From Candidatus Methanofastidiosum methylothiophilum (lineage in GTDB: Archaea > Methanobacteriota_B > Thermococci > Methanofastidiosales > Methanofastidiosaceae), in assembly GCA_001587715.1 (NCBI GenBank), contig LNGC01000001.1:1-54809 (forward strand): 54,809 nucleotides of DNA, read 5' to 3'. The translations under genes and the position numbers were made by a program. Positions 7,164 through 15,745 of this stretch are shown here, one piece after another (position 1 is the stretch's first letter; each line of letters begins with the position of its first letter). The notes beneath the pieces are model-generated. The model worked only from the letters and a program-made list of their open reading frames with translations. It was not told the DNA's origin and made no database searches.

Positions 7164-7436
7164 TTATCCTCCTCTTTTTTTCATGTTAGCCTCTAAATCC
7201 TTACCTAAACCTTTCTCCAGATAATTATCTAAGGTTTTAAAAATCAGATCGCTTAAACATTTTATTTTATCAGAGTCATCAGGTCCTATAATCTCATCAG
7301 AAATAATAACATCTACCTCCAAATCAAAAGGCAGATAAATCTTTATAGTTCCAGAATCCTCCTCACTCCCAATACCAACATCTACATATTTACCCTCTAA
7401 ACTTACATCTAACCTCATAACAGCCACCTCTAACAA
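7164..7436 (-). CDS. hypothetical acidic protein (90 aa)
   Basis: ORF track. Canonical start motif. Confidence 0.5.
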   Translation of the reverse strand: MLEVAVMRLDVSLEGKYVDVGIGSEEDSGTIKIYLPFDLEVDVIISDEIIGPDDSDKIKCLSDLIFKTLDNYLEKGLGKDLEANMKKRGG

Positions 7437-7484
7437 TTTTTTTTAATTAAAAAAAAAATAAAAAATTAATTTTTTATGAACTTC

Positions 7485-7706
7485 CTAACATTCATTTATC
7501 ATATCCATAGTATCAAGGATCTCACTATCATGAGGGATCAGATCATACTCCATATCCAGCAGCTCCCTCTCCAGATCCTGATCATAATCAAAAAAACCAG
7601 CCTCCTCTAAGCAGTACTTACACTCATCCATATCTTTATATCGTATATCTCCACATTCTGGAAAGTGAATACATATCATTGATAATTTTTTACTAACTTT
7701 AACCAT
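7485..7706 (-). CDS. hypothetical Cys-containing acidic protein (73 aa)
   Basis: ORF track. Start leader TTGGAGGCTTAAAAAATG, the same as the next gene upstream. Confidence 0.5.
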   Translation of the reverse strand: MVKVSKKLSMICIHFPECGDIRYKDMDECKYCLEEAGFFDYDQDLERELLDMEYDLIPHDSEILDTMDMINEC

Positions 7707-7709
7707 TTT

Positions 7710-7865
7710 TTAAGCCTCCAATATTTTTAAAGCTACCTCTAATCCACTATATTCCCCATTCAAATAATAATACTTAGATACCTCTTTAGCATCCAAATCA
7801 ATAAACTGAGCAGAGATCCTACTCATTTTATTTTTAATCTCTGCTATTGAACTTTCTCTATCCAT
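7710..7865 (-). CDS. small protein (51 aa)
   Basis: Hand translation MDRESSIAEIKNKMSRISAQFIDLDAKEVSKYYYLNGEYSGLEVALKILEA*. Leader TGGAGGCTTAAAAAATG. Confidence 0.4.
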   Translation of the reverse strand: MDRESSIAEIKNKMSRISAQFIDLDAKEVSKYYYLNGEYSGLEVALKILEA

Positions 7866-7868
7866 TTT

Positions 7869-8111
7869 TTAAGCCTCCATACAAATTTTAGGGAGGTATG
7901 TTAAACATCTCCAAAAATTAGAAAACCAGCCTGGATTTTCATAAAAAATATGGTGATTTACTGAGAGTATTTTGGTTACTTTAAATCCAAATTCCCTAAA
8001 TATTATTAAATCTTTACCCTCTCTAAATAAAAATTCCACATCTATCTTATCTCTCTGCATTGAAACCCTTTTAATCATAGCCTCATCATTATCTATTATT
8101 TCAGTTCTCAT
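7869..8111 (-). CDS. hypothetical protein (80 aa)
   Basis: ORF track. Canonical start motif. Confidence 0.5.
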   Translation of the reverse strand: MRTEIIDNDEAMIKRVSMQRDKIDVEFLFREGKDLIIFREFGFKVTKILSVNHHIFYENPGWFSNFWRCLTYLPKICMEA

Positions 8112-8125
8112 ATACAGCCACCTCT

Positions 8126-8362
8126 CTAGTTTAATACCTGGTACTCCCAGGCTATTTCTCCATCAATTTCTAAAAAAATCTTATCCTGGCTTTTCAGCTC
8201 CATATCCTCAGGTAAAGGTATAAACTCAGCCCTGGTAAACTCTAAATTTCTAAGCTCAAAATCAGATAACTCATGACCTCTAAGTTTAAGCCTTTTACCA
8301 GGTAAGATCTGCCTCTGGATCTGGTTTAGGTCCTCTGTTTTAAAAAAAGTAGGGGAATACAT
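8126..8362 (-). CDS. hypothetical protein (78 aa)
   Basis: ORF track. Co-directional and tightly packed. Confidence 0.5.
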   Translation of the reverse strand: MYSPTFFKTEDLNQIQRQILPGKRLKLRGHELSDFELRNLEFTRAEFIPLPEDMELKSQDKIFLEIDGEIAWEYQVLN

Positions 8363-8364
8363 TT

Positions 8365-8622
8365 TTATAACTCCCCCATGTATAAGGGAAAGTTATTAAT
8401 TCCCTCTTCATTGCAGATTGTTTTTATTTCTAAGTTATTCTGAGGAGTAGTACTAATTTTCCTAAACATATAACAGGAAAACTCATTAGGTAATATCCTA
8501 TTCTCATCTAAAGTTTTCCATATAGGACGGTATCCATCTAAAGCTTTTTTATTCAATTCTCTTAAAAAATCTGTTCTACTACCCTCAACCTCTAAAAAAT
8601 AGTATTCATCTACCATTGCCAT
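8365..8622 (-). CDS. hypothetical protein (85 aa)
   Basis: ORF track. I moved the start to ATG 8622, directly after GGAGGTGGCTAAAA. The longer track version would overlap the upstream gene. Confidence 0.5.
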   Translation of the reverse strand: MAMVDEYYFLEVEGSRTDFLRELNKKALDGYRPIWKTLDENRILPNEFSCYMFRKISTTPQNNLEIKTICNEEGINNFPLYMGEL

Positions 8623-8648
8623 TTTTAGCCACCTCCAAAAAAAAGGTT

Positions 8649-8870
8649 TTATTCTCCTAGGCATAAAGCCCATATAGCTTTAGCCTCTGAAGTTTTAGCT
8701 AATTTTATGTTCAAATTTATTATATCTAACTCTGTAGCCTCTGGTACTTCTCTCTGTATCTCTGCTATTTTAGCTTTAGCTGCTGCTAAAACTGCTGATA
8801 CTTTCTCTTTACCCCATGAGTCCTCTAAAAGTTTTTTTCCATTTGCTATCTGTACTGCTATTTTCATCAT
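8649..8870 (-). CDS. hypothetical protein (73 aa)
   Basis: ORF track. Canonical start motif. First gene downstream of operator/TATA copy 2. Confidence 0.5.
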   Translation of the reverse strand: MMKIAVQIANGKKLLEDSWGKEKVSAVLAAAKAKIAEIQREVPEATELDIINLNIKLAKTSEAKAIWALCLGE

Positions 8871-8942
8871 ATTAAGCCACCTCTATAGTTTTTTTTTGAG
8901 GAGTTTTTTTCATCCCTCCTCTGTTTAATCTATTAGATTTTT

Positions 8943-8978
8943 CTCCCTTATAAATGTTTCTACTAAGTAGAAACTAAA
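8943..8978 (-). promoter_or_regulatory. operator palindrome (GTTTCTAC-TAA-GTAGAAAC, 8956-8974) fused to a minus-strand TATA box (TTTATAAG, 8947-8954); copy 2
   Basis: 36 bp identical to 16538-16573. ATG 8870 lies about 80 nt downstream on the minus strand. Confidence 0.5.
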
Positions 8979-9003
8979 AAGATAAAAAAAATTAAAATTT
9001 CAA

Positions 9004-9034
<31 letters not shown>

Positions 9035-9066
9035 TAATTAAATAAATAAAAAAAGGTATAGTGGGA

Positions 9067-9150
9067 TTTTTGTATTACAGGAGTACAACTGTAATACAAA
9101 AAAAACAGGGTACCTCTCAAAAAAAATAATGTAATACAACTGTAATACAA
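9067..9150. repeat. iteron-like cluster: four copies of TGTAATACAA (one inverted), including a perfect 14-bp inverted repeat
   Basis: TTTTTGTATTACAG at 9067-9080 and CTGTAATACAAAAA at 9089-9102. Direct copies at 9090-9099, 9130-9139 and 9141-9150, each followed by an A-run. Confidence 0.8.
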
Positions 9151-9158
9151 AAAAAAGA

Positions 9159-9563
9159 TTATAAAAATTCAATTTCATTAGCTAAAACATTCTCTAACTC
9201 TTTAACCGATATTCCTAACCTATTACTCCATCCTACCACCATCTCCCCATCTATATTACCTGTAGCTAAATACCTACTCCTGATTCTTTCTATACAGGTA
9301 GTCCATAATTCTTTATCAGCTTTACTCTCAACTTTCTCCAGGTCATCTAACCGTTTACTTAGATCCTCTATTTCTTTATAATGATAATCTATTTGTATTC
9401 TTAAATATTCTTTTTCTGCTGAGATTGTTAGATTATCATATAAAGCTTTTCTAACTATTTCACTTTTATTAAGTCCTAGCTCCTCTGCCTTTTTAAGTAA
9501 ATCAACTGGTACCCTTGCTGACATAATAGCAGTTTCAGCTCCTCCTTTTTTCTTTCTACCCAT
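9159..9563 (-). CDS. ribbon-helix-helix (CopG-like) N-terminal domain protein with coiled-coil C-terminus
   Basis: AIMSARVPVDLLKKAEELGLNKSEIVRKALYDNL fits a strand-helix-helix pattern. I moved the start to ATG 9563 after GAGGTGGCTATA. Confidence 0.55.
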   Translation of the reverse strand: MGRKKKGGAETAIMSARVPVDLLKKAEELGLNKSEIVRKALYDNLTISAEKEYLRIQIDYHYKEIEDLSKRLDDLEKVESKADKELWTTCIERIRSRYLATGNIDGEMVVGWSNRLGISVKELENVLANEIEFL

Positions 9564-9631
9564 TATAGCCACCTCTATTTTTTTTTATTGATTTATATTT
9601 TAATATGTTAATATATTTATATTTTTATATT

Positions 9632-9853
9632 TTATTCTCCCTCTGGTTTAACTAACCTCCCTAACTCCTTAACCCCTAAAAACCTATAACCATCCCCATC
9701 TATCTCATAAACAGCTCCACATATACACTCATTTTTAAAACTTTCTTCCACATCATTAACTCCACCATAAACCTTACTTTTTAAACGGGTATTCCATGGC
9801 TTCAACTTCCTACCACATACCTTACATTTACCGTTCATCATACCCCTCATCAC
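9632..9853 (-). CDS. zinc-ribbon protein (73 aa)
   Basis: ORF track. CKVCGRKL ... CICG pairs. Confidence 0.5.
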   Translation of the reverse strand: MMRGMMNGKCKVCGRKLKPWNTRLKSKVYGGVNDVEESFKNECICGAVYEIDGDGYRFLGVKELGRLVKPEGE

Positions 9854-10142
9854 ATAAATTTAATAGGTCCTCTATTTCATACCTATCTAATTTAGATAAT
9901 TTTGTACTAGGAATACCCATACGCTCCCCCATGGAACCATCTATTTTCTGAGGTTTAGGATTTTTAACATACTTCCCCTTTCTACAGATTCTATCAGGTC
10001 CTGCTGCATTCAGAGTATAATCATTATATCCCTCCAGCTCCTCAGGAGTAAGTGATTCTACTCCATGATCCTCAGCTTTTTTTTTAATTCTCTGAATATC
10101 CTGATAACTCCAGATAATCAGTTTAGTAAAACCAATAACCAA
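9828..10142 (-). CDS. hypothetical protein (104 aa), TTG start
   Basis: ORF track. GGAGGGG lies 6 nt before the TTG. Confidence 0.45.
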   Translation of the reverse strand: MVIGFTKLIIWSYQDIQRIKKKAEDHGVESLTPEELEGYNDYTLNAAGPDRICRKGKYVKNPKPQKIDGSMGERMGIPSTKLSKLDRYEIEDLLNLCDEGYDER

Positions 10143-10145
10143 ACT

Positions 10146-10262
10146 TTACCCCTCCCCATATATGTAATCGGTTATTATCTCCCCCATTTTCCAGCTATAT
10201 CTGAATAAAAGCCAGAAATAAGCTAAAGTTAAAACTAACCCTACAATCATTAATCCATTCAT
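10146..10262 (-). CDS. small membrane peptide (38 aa)
   Basis: Hand translation MNGLMIVGLVLTLAYFWLLFRYSWKMGEIITDYIYGEG*. Canonical AGAGGTGGCTATAGTATG start. Confidence 0.35.
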   Translation of the reverse strand: MNGLMIVGLVLTLAYFWLLFRYSWKMGEIITDYIYGEG

Positions 10263-10285
10263 ACTATAGCCACCTCTAAAAATTT

Positions 10286-10783
10286 TTATATTAATTTCAC
10301 TGATTTAAATTCCCTATCACATTTACCAAAAGAGATAATTTCCCTATTAAAATCCCTCTTAAAATGTATTAAACAGGACCCGAACCTGGGAGAACCTACT
10401 TTTTTCTTATTCTCATCTAAATAACTTAACCTCCCATTTATCAAATAAATAGTATTTACTAGCTCTGGCTTATTAAAAACAGAATTATGATAATAATTAG
10501 ACTCAAAAGTCATAGGGAGCAGCATAAATACCTCTAAATCTTTACTCTTTAGAATCTCATCATTAACTTTATCTAACCAGATACTAGGTTTACTATAAGG
10601 GGGATTAAGCCATCCCATATTATAGCTGTTCCAATCCATTTTTAAACTGTTATCTTTCTCATCAAAATATTTATTAACCTTTCTATTCTGAAAATTTGCG
10701 GCTAAATCTATATCCATATCTCCAAAATAATCCTCTACCCCATCAAAAAAGGGTTTAGGAGTTTCCCATAAATCATTACCCAT
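10286..10783 (-). CDS. DNA N6-adenine methyltransferase, small phage Dam-like type (second copy)
   Basis: 165 aa with LWETPKPFF...DIDLAAN...DWN...WLNPPYS...MLLPMT, the same family layout as 2866-3327. Confidence 0.75.
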   Translation of the reverse strand: MGNDLWETPKPFFDGVEDYFGDMDIDLAANFQNRKVNKYFDEKDNSLKMDWNSYNMGWLNPPYSKPSIWLDKVNDEILKSKDLEVFMLLPMTFESNYYHNSVFNKPELVNTIYLINGRLSYLDENKKKVGSPRFGSCLIHFKRDFNREIISFGKCDREFKSVKLI

Positions 10784-10794
10784 ATAGATAACTC

Positions 10795-10917
10795 CTACTC
10801 TTTATTTTTATTCTGTAAACTTCTAATAAAACAGTCCTGGATAAACATACTAAACTCCTTAGCCATATACCTATTAAAATTAGGTCCTAGTATGCTCCTC
10901 TCTACTACTATTCCCAT
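10795..10917 (-). CDS. small protein (40 aa)
   Basis: Hand translation MGIVVERSILGPNFNRYMAKEFSMFIQDCFIRSLQNKNKE*. Canonical GAGGTGGCTAAAAATG start. Confidence 0.35.
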   Translation of the reverse strand: MGIVVERSILGPNFNRYMAKEFSMFIQDCFIRSLQNKNKE

Positions 10918-10919
10918 TT

Positions 10920-11114
10920 TTAGCCACCTCTTTTTATTTCAAACTCTTTAAATAATATATTTAAATAAATAAATCCTGGATATATTTCAATCCCTAATAA
11001 AGACCCTGAATAATAATCAAATACAATATTAACTAAGAATCCTTTAAAAGTCCATGGCTGCTCCTTATTCTGAAAATATCTTTTTTCTAAAGTAAAAAAA
11101 TTAAACAGGAACAT
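10920..11114 (-). CDS. hypothetical protein (64 aa)
   Basis: ORF track. GGGGGAGG lies upstream. Confidence 0.4.
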   Translation of the reverse strand: MFLFNFFTLEKRYFQNKEQPWTFKGFLVNIVFDYYSGSLLGIEIYPGFIYLNILFKEFEIKRGG

Positions 11115-11370
11115 CCATCCTCCCCCTGTATTTAATTAGTTCTTTTAGTTCCAGGTTATTTCTCCAGAGATAGTAACCTAAAATACTAGTTACTAGATTA
11201 GCTGCAAATACTAAGGATAAAAAATAAGATCCTGAGTATATAGTTTGCAGCATAAAAATAGTATTAGTAAAGCTCCAGAGTAGGAAGGACCTCCAATCCC
11301 TAACTATATTTAAACCGTTTCCTATGAGAGCTATACCTGTAACTATCCAATAAATGAGATCTGGGATTAT
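11101..11370 (-). CDS. 3-TM membrane protein ORF (89 codons) with no canonical start; ATA sits at the expected start position
   Basis: Hand translation IIPDLIYWIVTGIALIGNGLNIVRDWRSFLLWSFTNTIFMLQTIYSGSYFLSLVFAANLVTSILGYYLWRNN... The frame is open from a TGA at about 11400. AAGGAGGG lies 7 nt before ATA 11370-11368, which overlaps the upstream stop (ATAA). Confidence 0.3.
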   Translation of the reverse strand: MIPDLIYWIVTGIALIGNGLNIVRDWRSFLLWSFTNTIFMLQTIYSGSYFLSLVFAANLVTSILGYYLWRNNLELKELIKYRGRMDVPV

Positions 11371-11585
11371 TCCAGATCCCTCCTTATAATCACATAAATT
11401 GTTAATTTCTCATCCTTAGCTATGGGTTTCTTATAAAAACTATTCAATAATTCTACAGCCTCCTCCCTGGTAGCTCTGCCAGTATCTTTTAACAGGAAAC
11501 CATCAGGAATATACCGTCTAATAGTAGTAAAATACTCATTCTCTAATTTAGGATAATCCTCACTAAACTTAATCAAACCACCCAT
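11367..11585 (-). CDS. hypothetical protein (72 aa)
   Basis: ORF track. I moved the start to ATG 11585 (GAGGTGGCTATAATG; TAATG overlap with the upstream stop). Confidence 0.5.
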   Translation of the reverse strand: MGGLIKFSEDYPKLENEYFTTIRRYIPDGFLLKDTGRATREEAVELLNSFYKKPIAKDEKLTIYVIIRRDLE

Positions 11586-12079
11586 TATAGCCACCTCTGT
11601 CTTTTTTTTATTTTCCCCATAACTCCAGCTCCAGCCTCTGGAGTTTTTCTTATAATATCATTAATTAAACTGGCTGGATCTGGGGGATCTACAGGATTAG
11701 TAATAGTAATCATATCAGGTACTGATCCATTCACCTTAATCTCAGGCTTATATTTACTAGAAAAAGTACCCCCTATATGTGTATCTACTAGATCCTGCTG
11801 CTGGTTTACTCCCTTAATTTCAGCTAACTTAAATAAACAGGCTGCTATATGCTTACAGAAAAAGCTGCCTGTATGCTTATTCCAATTTTTTTTAAAGCTC
11901 CAGCAGTTATTACAGAACCCTACCCCATCTTTAATAGTTATAAAATAATTAGGTCTATCACCTCCTTTTTTTGGTTTAGATCCTAATACATCAAACTCGT
12001 AGAGTCCATTAGTTTCTCCTATAAATGTTACATATCCTTTTTGGTATAGTTTAAACCCATCATTTATAGGATCACTCAT
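11585..12079 (-). CDS. SWIM-like zinc-finger protein
   Basis: FCNNCWSF...FFCKHIAACLFKL resembles the SWIM C-x-C...C-x-H signature; CKHIaA is typical of it. 164 aa. Confidence 0.5.
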   Translation of the reverse strand: MSDPINDGFKLYQKGYVTFIGETNGLYEFDVLGSKPKKGGDRPNYFITIKDGVGFCNNCWSFKKNWNKHTGSFFCKHIAACLFKLAEIKGVNQQQDLVDTHIGGTFSSKYKPEIKVNGSVPDMITITNPVDPPDPASLINDIIRKTPEAGAGVMGKIKKRQRWL

Positions 12080-12167
12080 CAGAATCTCCTCTGATGATTG
12101 TTTTTATATTTTCAAAATCGGAGATAGCCCTATCTATCTCCTGCTCTAACTCATCATTACTCATCAT
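12072..12167 (-). CDS. small acidic protein (31 aa)
   Basis: Hand translation MMSNDELEQEIDRAISDFENIKTIIRGDSDE*. Canonical start motif. Confidence 0.35.
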   Translation of the reverse strand: MMSNDELEQEIDRAISDFENIKTIIRGDSDE

Positions 12168-12345
12168 ATATAGCCACCTCTAGTTTTTTTTATATGATTA
12201 TGTACTGTTCTTTCCTTACTTTCTCCTGTACCAACTCTATATCTACCTGGTATTTTTTCTTAAAATTCTCTTTTTTCTTATTCCCTGTTTTAATTGCCTC
12301 TAAATATTCTCTCATATTTATCTTTAACAACATAACAGATCTCCC

Positions 12346-12636
12346 TTACCCTCTATTATATGTTTTTACTCCTTTTATCTCCCTACCTAAACTCTCAGGA
12401 TTATTAACCTCCTCCATTGGATCCCCTGCCTCCAGGCAGTACCTTATATCCTCAAAATTAACAAACCCTTTTTTACCATCATTTGTAACAAAATAAACAG
12501 TACTAGGTTTTAGAGTAAGTTTATTCCTTAAAACCTCTGTTATTTTAACTCCCTCAAACCCTCCTTTTTTAAGTGTAATATCTACTTTCTGCCCGATCCA
12601 TTCAAAAATCTTATTCCCTGCCTCAAAATTACTCAT
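12346..12636 (-). CDS. hypothetical protein (96 aa)
   Basis: ORF track. I moved the start to ATG 12636, after GGAGGTTAAAATT. Confidence 0.5.
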   Translation of the reverse strand: MSNFEAGNKIFEWIGQKVDITLKKGGFEGVKITEVLRNKLTLKPSTVYFVTNDGKKGFVNFEDIRYCLEAGDPMEEVNNPESLGREIKGVKTYNRG

Positions 12637-12674
12637 AATTTTAACCTCCAAAAAAATATAAGAGGAGCTGTTAC

Positions 12675-13418
12675 TCAGCCCCCTTTAGGTATATCCCCTC
12701 TATTTACCATTACTGCTATCTGAGCTTTAATCCTGGATTTGGTGATCTCTTTATCCTTTAAATCAGGATCAGTATCTACCATTTTTACCAGGTCCTCATC
12801 AGTAGGATCCTCCCTATAATTCTCAGATCTATACAGATCCTGGTAGATTTTTATAGTGTTTTCTGCATCTGGATCATCCTGATCAGCCATAGTTCCATGA
12901 TTCTCCTCTGGTTCATCCTCTACCTCTTCTGATTCAGGCATTTTATCTTTAAGGGTTTTAGCAGTGATAAACTCAGTATCTATCTTAGGCTCAGGTTTAT
13001 ACTCCTCCAGTGGTACTAGGTCTTTAGCTCTTACAAAATATTTTCTAAACTGGTTTCCTGTTTTAGATGCTGTTAGTTCATCTAAAAATTTAAACCAGAG
13101 TATTTGACCTTTTTTAAAGCTGGAACTGTAATCCTGCATTATTTTAGCTTCATTAACCCCTGTTATGCCTTTGGGAGTTAGGAGTATGAATCTCCTATAT
13201 GTTTTTTCATCATCTCTTTGGGAGGGTATCTCCTCAGATCCTAAGTATATTCCCTGGATCTCATCTCCTTTATTTGGTTTCCAGGTATCATTTATATTTG
13301 TACTTACAATATACCAGCCATCTCTCCACCATTTAACACTCTCATAATTTGTATCTACTTGATCCAGGTAAGGGCTGTATTCTTTCATGTCCTTTAATAA
13401 AATTTCATGATCTATCAT
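12675..13418 (-). CDS. hypothetical protein with a long acidic C-terminal half (possible ssDNA-binding protein; weak)
   Basis: ORF track, 247 aa. An acidic tail (SEEVEDEPEENHGTMADQDDPDAEN) follows a beta-rich N-terminal half, reminiscent of phage SSBs. The function is only a guess. Confidence 0.5.
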   Translation of the reverse strand: MIDHEILLKDMKEYSPYLDQVDTNYESVKWWRDGWYIVSTNINDTWKPNKGDEIQGIYLGSEEIPSQRDDEKTYRRFILLTPKGITGVNEAKIMQDYSSSFKKGQILWFKFLDELTASKTGNQFRKYFVRAKDLVPLEEYKPEPKIDTEFITAKTLKDKMPESEEVEDEPEENHGTMADQDDPDAENTIKIYQDLYRSENYREDPTDEDLVKMVDTDPDLKDKEITKSRIKAQIAVMVNRGDIPKGG

Positions 13419-13735
13419 TTAGCCACCTCTATAGTTTTTTCTGCCTCAGCTTTTAGCTGCTGCTGATGCCTGAATAAACTTACTACTCTATCTATATGCT
13501 CTGTAATCTGTTTATCCAGGGCTTTTTTTTCAAGTACTAACCCTGCCAGGTAATAGTCATTTTTAAACAGGGTTGCCTCCTCTGTACTTAATTTATCTGT
13601 ATAAGTTACTACTTTCTTATTTTCACTCCTGATTTTTTTAGCAGATCCTATTAATCTAGCTAAACTTATTCCACTAACATCTATAGCCTCTTTAATATCA
13701 GCCTCCTTTTTCAGTATTCCATCAATTAAACTCAT
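13415..13735 (-). CDS. hypothetical protein (106 aa)
   Basis: ORF track. ATGA overlap with the downstream gene. Confidence 0.5.
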   Translation of the reverse strand: MSLIDGILKKEADIKEAIDVSGISLARLIGSAKKIRSENKKVVTYTDKLSTEEATLFKNDYYLAGLVLEKKALDKQITEHIDRVVSLFRHQQQLKAEAEKTIEVAK

Positions 13736-14019
13736 TTTATCTCCTCTACAGAACTCCAGTATAAGCTAAACCAGTTTTTAAGCCTTGAAATGTATGTTAT
13801 AATAATTTTCAGGTTAGGGATCTGGATCTTATTTTTAGTAGTTTGAGCTGGATCCTGTATTGGGGGTAAATCCATATCCTCAAAATATGCTTTTTCTCCT
13901 TTACTGCTCCAGCCTGGAACTCCTCTAAAAGCCTTTTTGTTTTCCTGTACTTTCTTATCTATTTCAGAAAGTTTTAGATTATCCTCTGCCTGTTTAACTA
14001 TGCTCTGAGTACTTCTCAC
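13732..14019 (-). CDS. hypothetical protein (95 aa), GTG start
   Basis: ORF track. The start is placed at GTG 14019, at canonical spacing after GAGGTGGCTAAA. The track start is the GTG inside the SD. Confidence 0.5.
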   Translation of the reverse strand: MRSTQSIVKQAEDNLKLSEIDKKVQENKKAFRGVPGWSSKGEKAYFEDMDLPPIQDPAQTTKNKIQIPNLKIIITYISRLKNWFSLYWSSVEEIK

Positions 14020-14030
14020 TTTAGCCACCT

Positions 14031-14177
14031 CTATACTTTTTCCAGTTTATTGTTTAACTTCTCTGTTTTAGTTCTCATCCAAATTAACATCATTAACCCT
14101 ACTAAACCGAGTATAGTAACAGTAACTCCTACAGCTATTCCTATCTGGTAATCTGAGATTGTTACAATCCATGCCAC
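14031..14177 (-). CDS. small single-TM protein (48 aa), GTG start
   Basis: Hand translation (M)AWIVTISDYQIGIAVGVTVTILGLVGLMMLIWMRTKTEKLNNKLEKV*. GGAGGTGA lies 4 nt upstream. Confidence 0.35.
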   Translation of the reverse strand: MAWIVTISDYQIGIAVGVTVTILGLVGLMMLIWMRTKTEKLNNKLEKV

Positions 14178-14198
14178 AGTTTCACCTCCTATTTTTTT

Positions 14199-14402
14199 TT
14201 AAAACCCTCTGGTTAGTATTGCCTCAATTGCTGCCAGGATCCTAGTATTCACTTTCAGGAAGATCCCATCTGGATTATTTTCCATGTTCTCTTTACAGTA
14301 CTGATCCATACAGGGTTTACAGATAGTTTCTCCTGTATCACGGTTCCAGTAGTTTATAGGGTTTCCATCCCCATTACTACATCTTAAAGCTTCTAAACTC
14401 AT
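14199..14402 (-). CDS. hypothetical Cys-containing protein (67 aa)
   Basis: ORF track. Canonical start motif. Confidence 0.5.
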   Translation of the reverse strand: MSLEALRCSNGDGNPINYWNRDTGETICKPCMDQYCKENMENNPDGIFLKVNTRILAAIEAILTRGF

Positions 14403-14451
14403 GCTATAGCCACCTCTATCGTTTTTTCCTACACTATTTTAAAAAAATATT

Positions 14452-15282
14452 TTATGAGAGATTAGCTCTCCCATTCTCCTGTAACTCTTTATTAATCTCT
14501 TTAACAGCCTTATTTATCACTTTTTTAACTTTCCTAGGTGCCTCTTTAGGTTTTTTAAAAAAATCATCTAAATTACCTAATCTCCTCTCTATAGCCTCCA
14601 TTCTATCCTTTTTAGTTTTGTACTGCCTGTAACCCTCTACTATGTTTACTTTACTTTTTTTGATTCTTTCTAGTTTCACCTCCCCCTCTAGGGTTTTTAA
14701 TCCTCTAGTGAACTTAATATTTTCTACAGCCTCTCCATTTTTAAATGTCTGCTCTACTCTGCCACCTATCATGATACTAGCTTTTTCTATTCCTTCTTTT
14801 CCTGCTATATCGTTCATTACATCTATTATCTCACCTGTATCCATATTCAGGCTGATAGATGCTCCGATATGGTAGCTGCCACAATCCCGATCTACACTTT
14901 TTCCAGGCTGAGATCCTCCCTCGGTATGATCTGTTATATCTGTAATGTTCTCCTGTACTCTTTCATCCTTTAGGAACTTACTCATTAGCTCAGGATTATC
15001 TTTAACATACAGATTAGTTACTCTAAATGAGCAGATTAATCTGGCTCTGCCTAATTGTTTGAGGTTTCCCATAAAATTAACAATCTCAGAGGGATAGTTA
15101 CCCCCTGTAAAATATTTCTCATGAAAGGAGCAGTAAACCCTATCTCCCCAGTTTACCCTTTTAGCCTGAGTTAGGGGGATGTTCCTGCTTATTCCTTTCT
15201 TTTTAGCTTCTTTTAAAAAAGAATTGTAGTTTTTTCCTATAAATAGGATATGTTCTTTTTGTTTGTTTGTTTGTTTTTTCAT
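14452..15282 (-). CDS. hypothetical protein (276 aa), largest protein of the early block
   Basis: ORF track. Canonical start motif. I recognised no motif. Confidence 0.6.
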   Translation of the reverse strand: MKKQTNKQKEHILFIGKNYNSFLKEAKKKGISRNIPLTQAKRVNWGDRVYCSFHEKYFTGGNYPSEIVNFMGNLKQLGRARLICSFRVTNLYVKDNPELMSKFLKDERVQENITDITDHTEGGSQPGKSVDRDCGSYHIGASISLNMDTGEIIDVMNDIAGKEGIEKASIMIGGRVEQTFKNGEAVENIKFTRGLKTLEGEVKLERIKKSKVNIVEGYRQYKTKKDRMEAIERRLGNLDDFFKKPKEAPRKVKKVINKAVKEINKELQENGRANLS

Positions 15283-15371
15283 ATTTAGCCACCTCTATTT
15301 TTTTTGGATATAAAAATATAAAAATATTTTTATATAATTATATTAAGATTTACCCCTATATAAATCTTACC

Positions 15372-15719
15372 TCATAAATCTATAAACTTCTTATCAGCCT
15401 TCTCCCTACACTCCTTAGAACAGTAAGCAACCTCACCAAAAATATTATCAGGATATTTAGCCATATAAAAAGGAATATCCATAGGCTTATTACACTCACT
15501 ACATTTATCAATCATTATAGGCTTAAAACCTGAGCAGCCTCTAGAATCCCCATCATAAGCCTCATTCATCTCATCAGTATCCAGCTCATCCTCCAGATCA
15601 CAGTAAAACTCCTCCTCCCTAGGCTCATTCCAGCCATCCCCAGAATAACCTATATGTCCATGAATACAATAATCACAGGTAGGAACAGCAGCAAAATCCA
15701 TAAATCTAACTTTACCCAT
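15372..15719 (-). CDS. Cys-rich (multi zinc-ribbon-like) protein
   Basis: ORF track, 115 aa with CDYCIH, CSGF, CSECNK and CSKEC. Confidence 0.55.
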   Translation of the reverse strand: MGKVRFMDFAAVPTCDYCIHGHIGYSGDGWNEPREEEFYCDLEDELDTDEMNEAYDGDSRGCSGFKPIMIDKCSECNKPMDIPFYMAKYPDNIFGEVAYCSKECREKADKKFIDL

Positions 15720-15745
15720 AAATAGCCACCTCTAAAAAAATAAAA

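Noticed and set aside
15337-15368. Hairpin AAGATTTA-cccctata-TAAATCTT downstream of gene 15372-15719. Its TTAAGATTTACC core recurs at about 16963-16974.
   Set aside because: These are short AT-rich matches that could be chance or simple intergenic terminator-like elements. I could not tie them to any consistent architecture.
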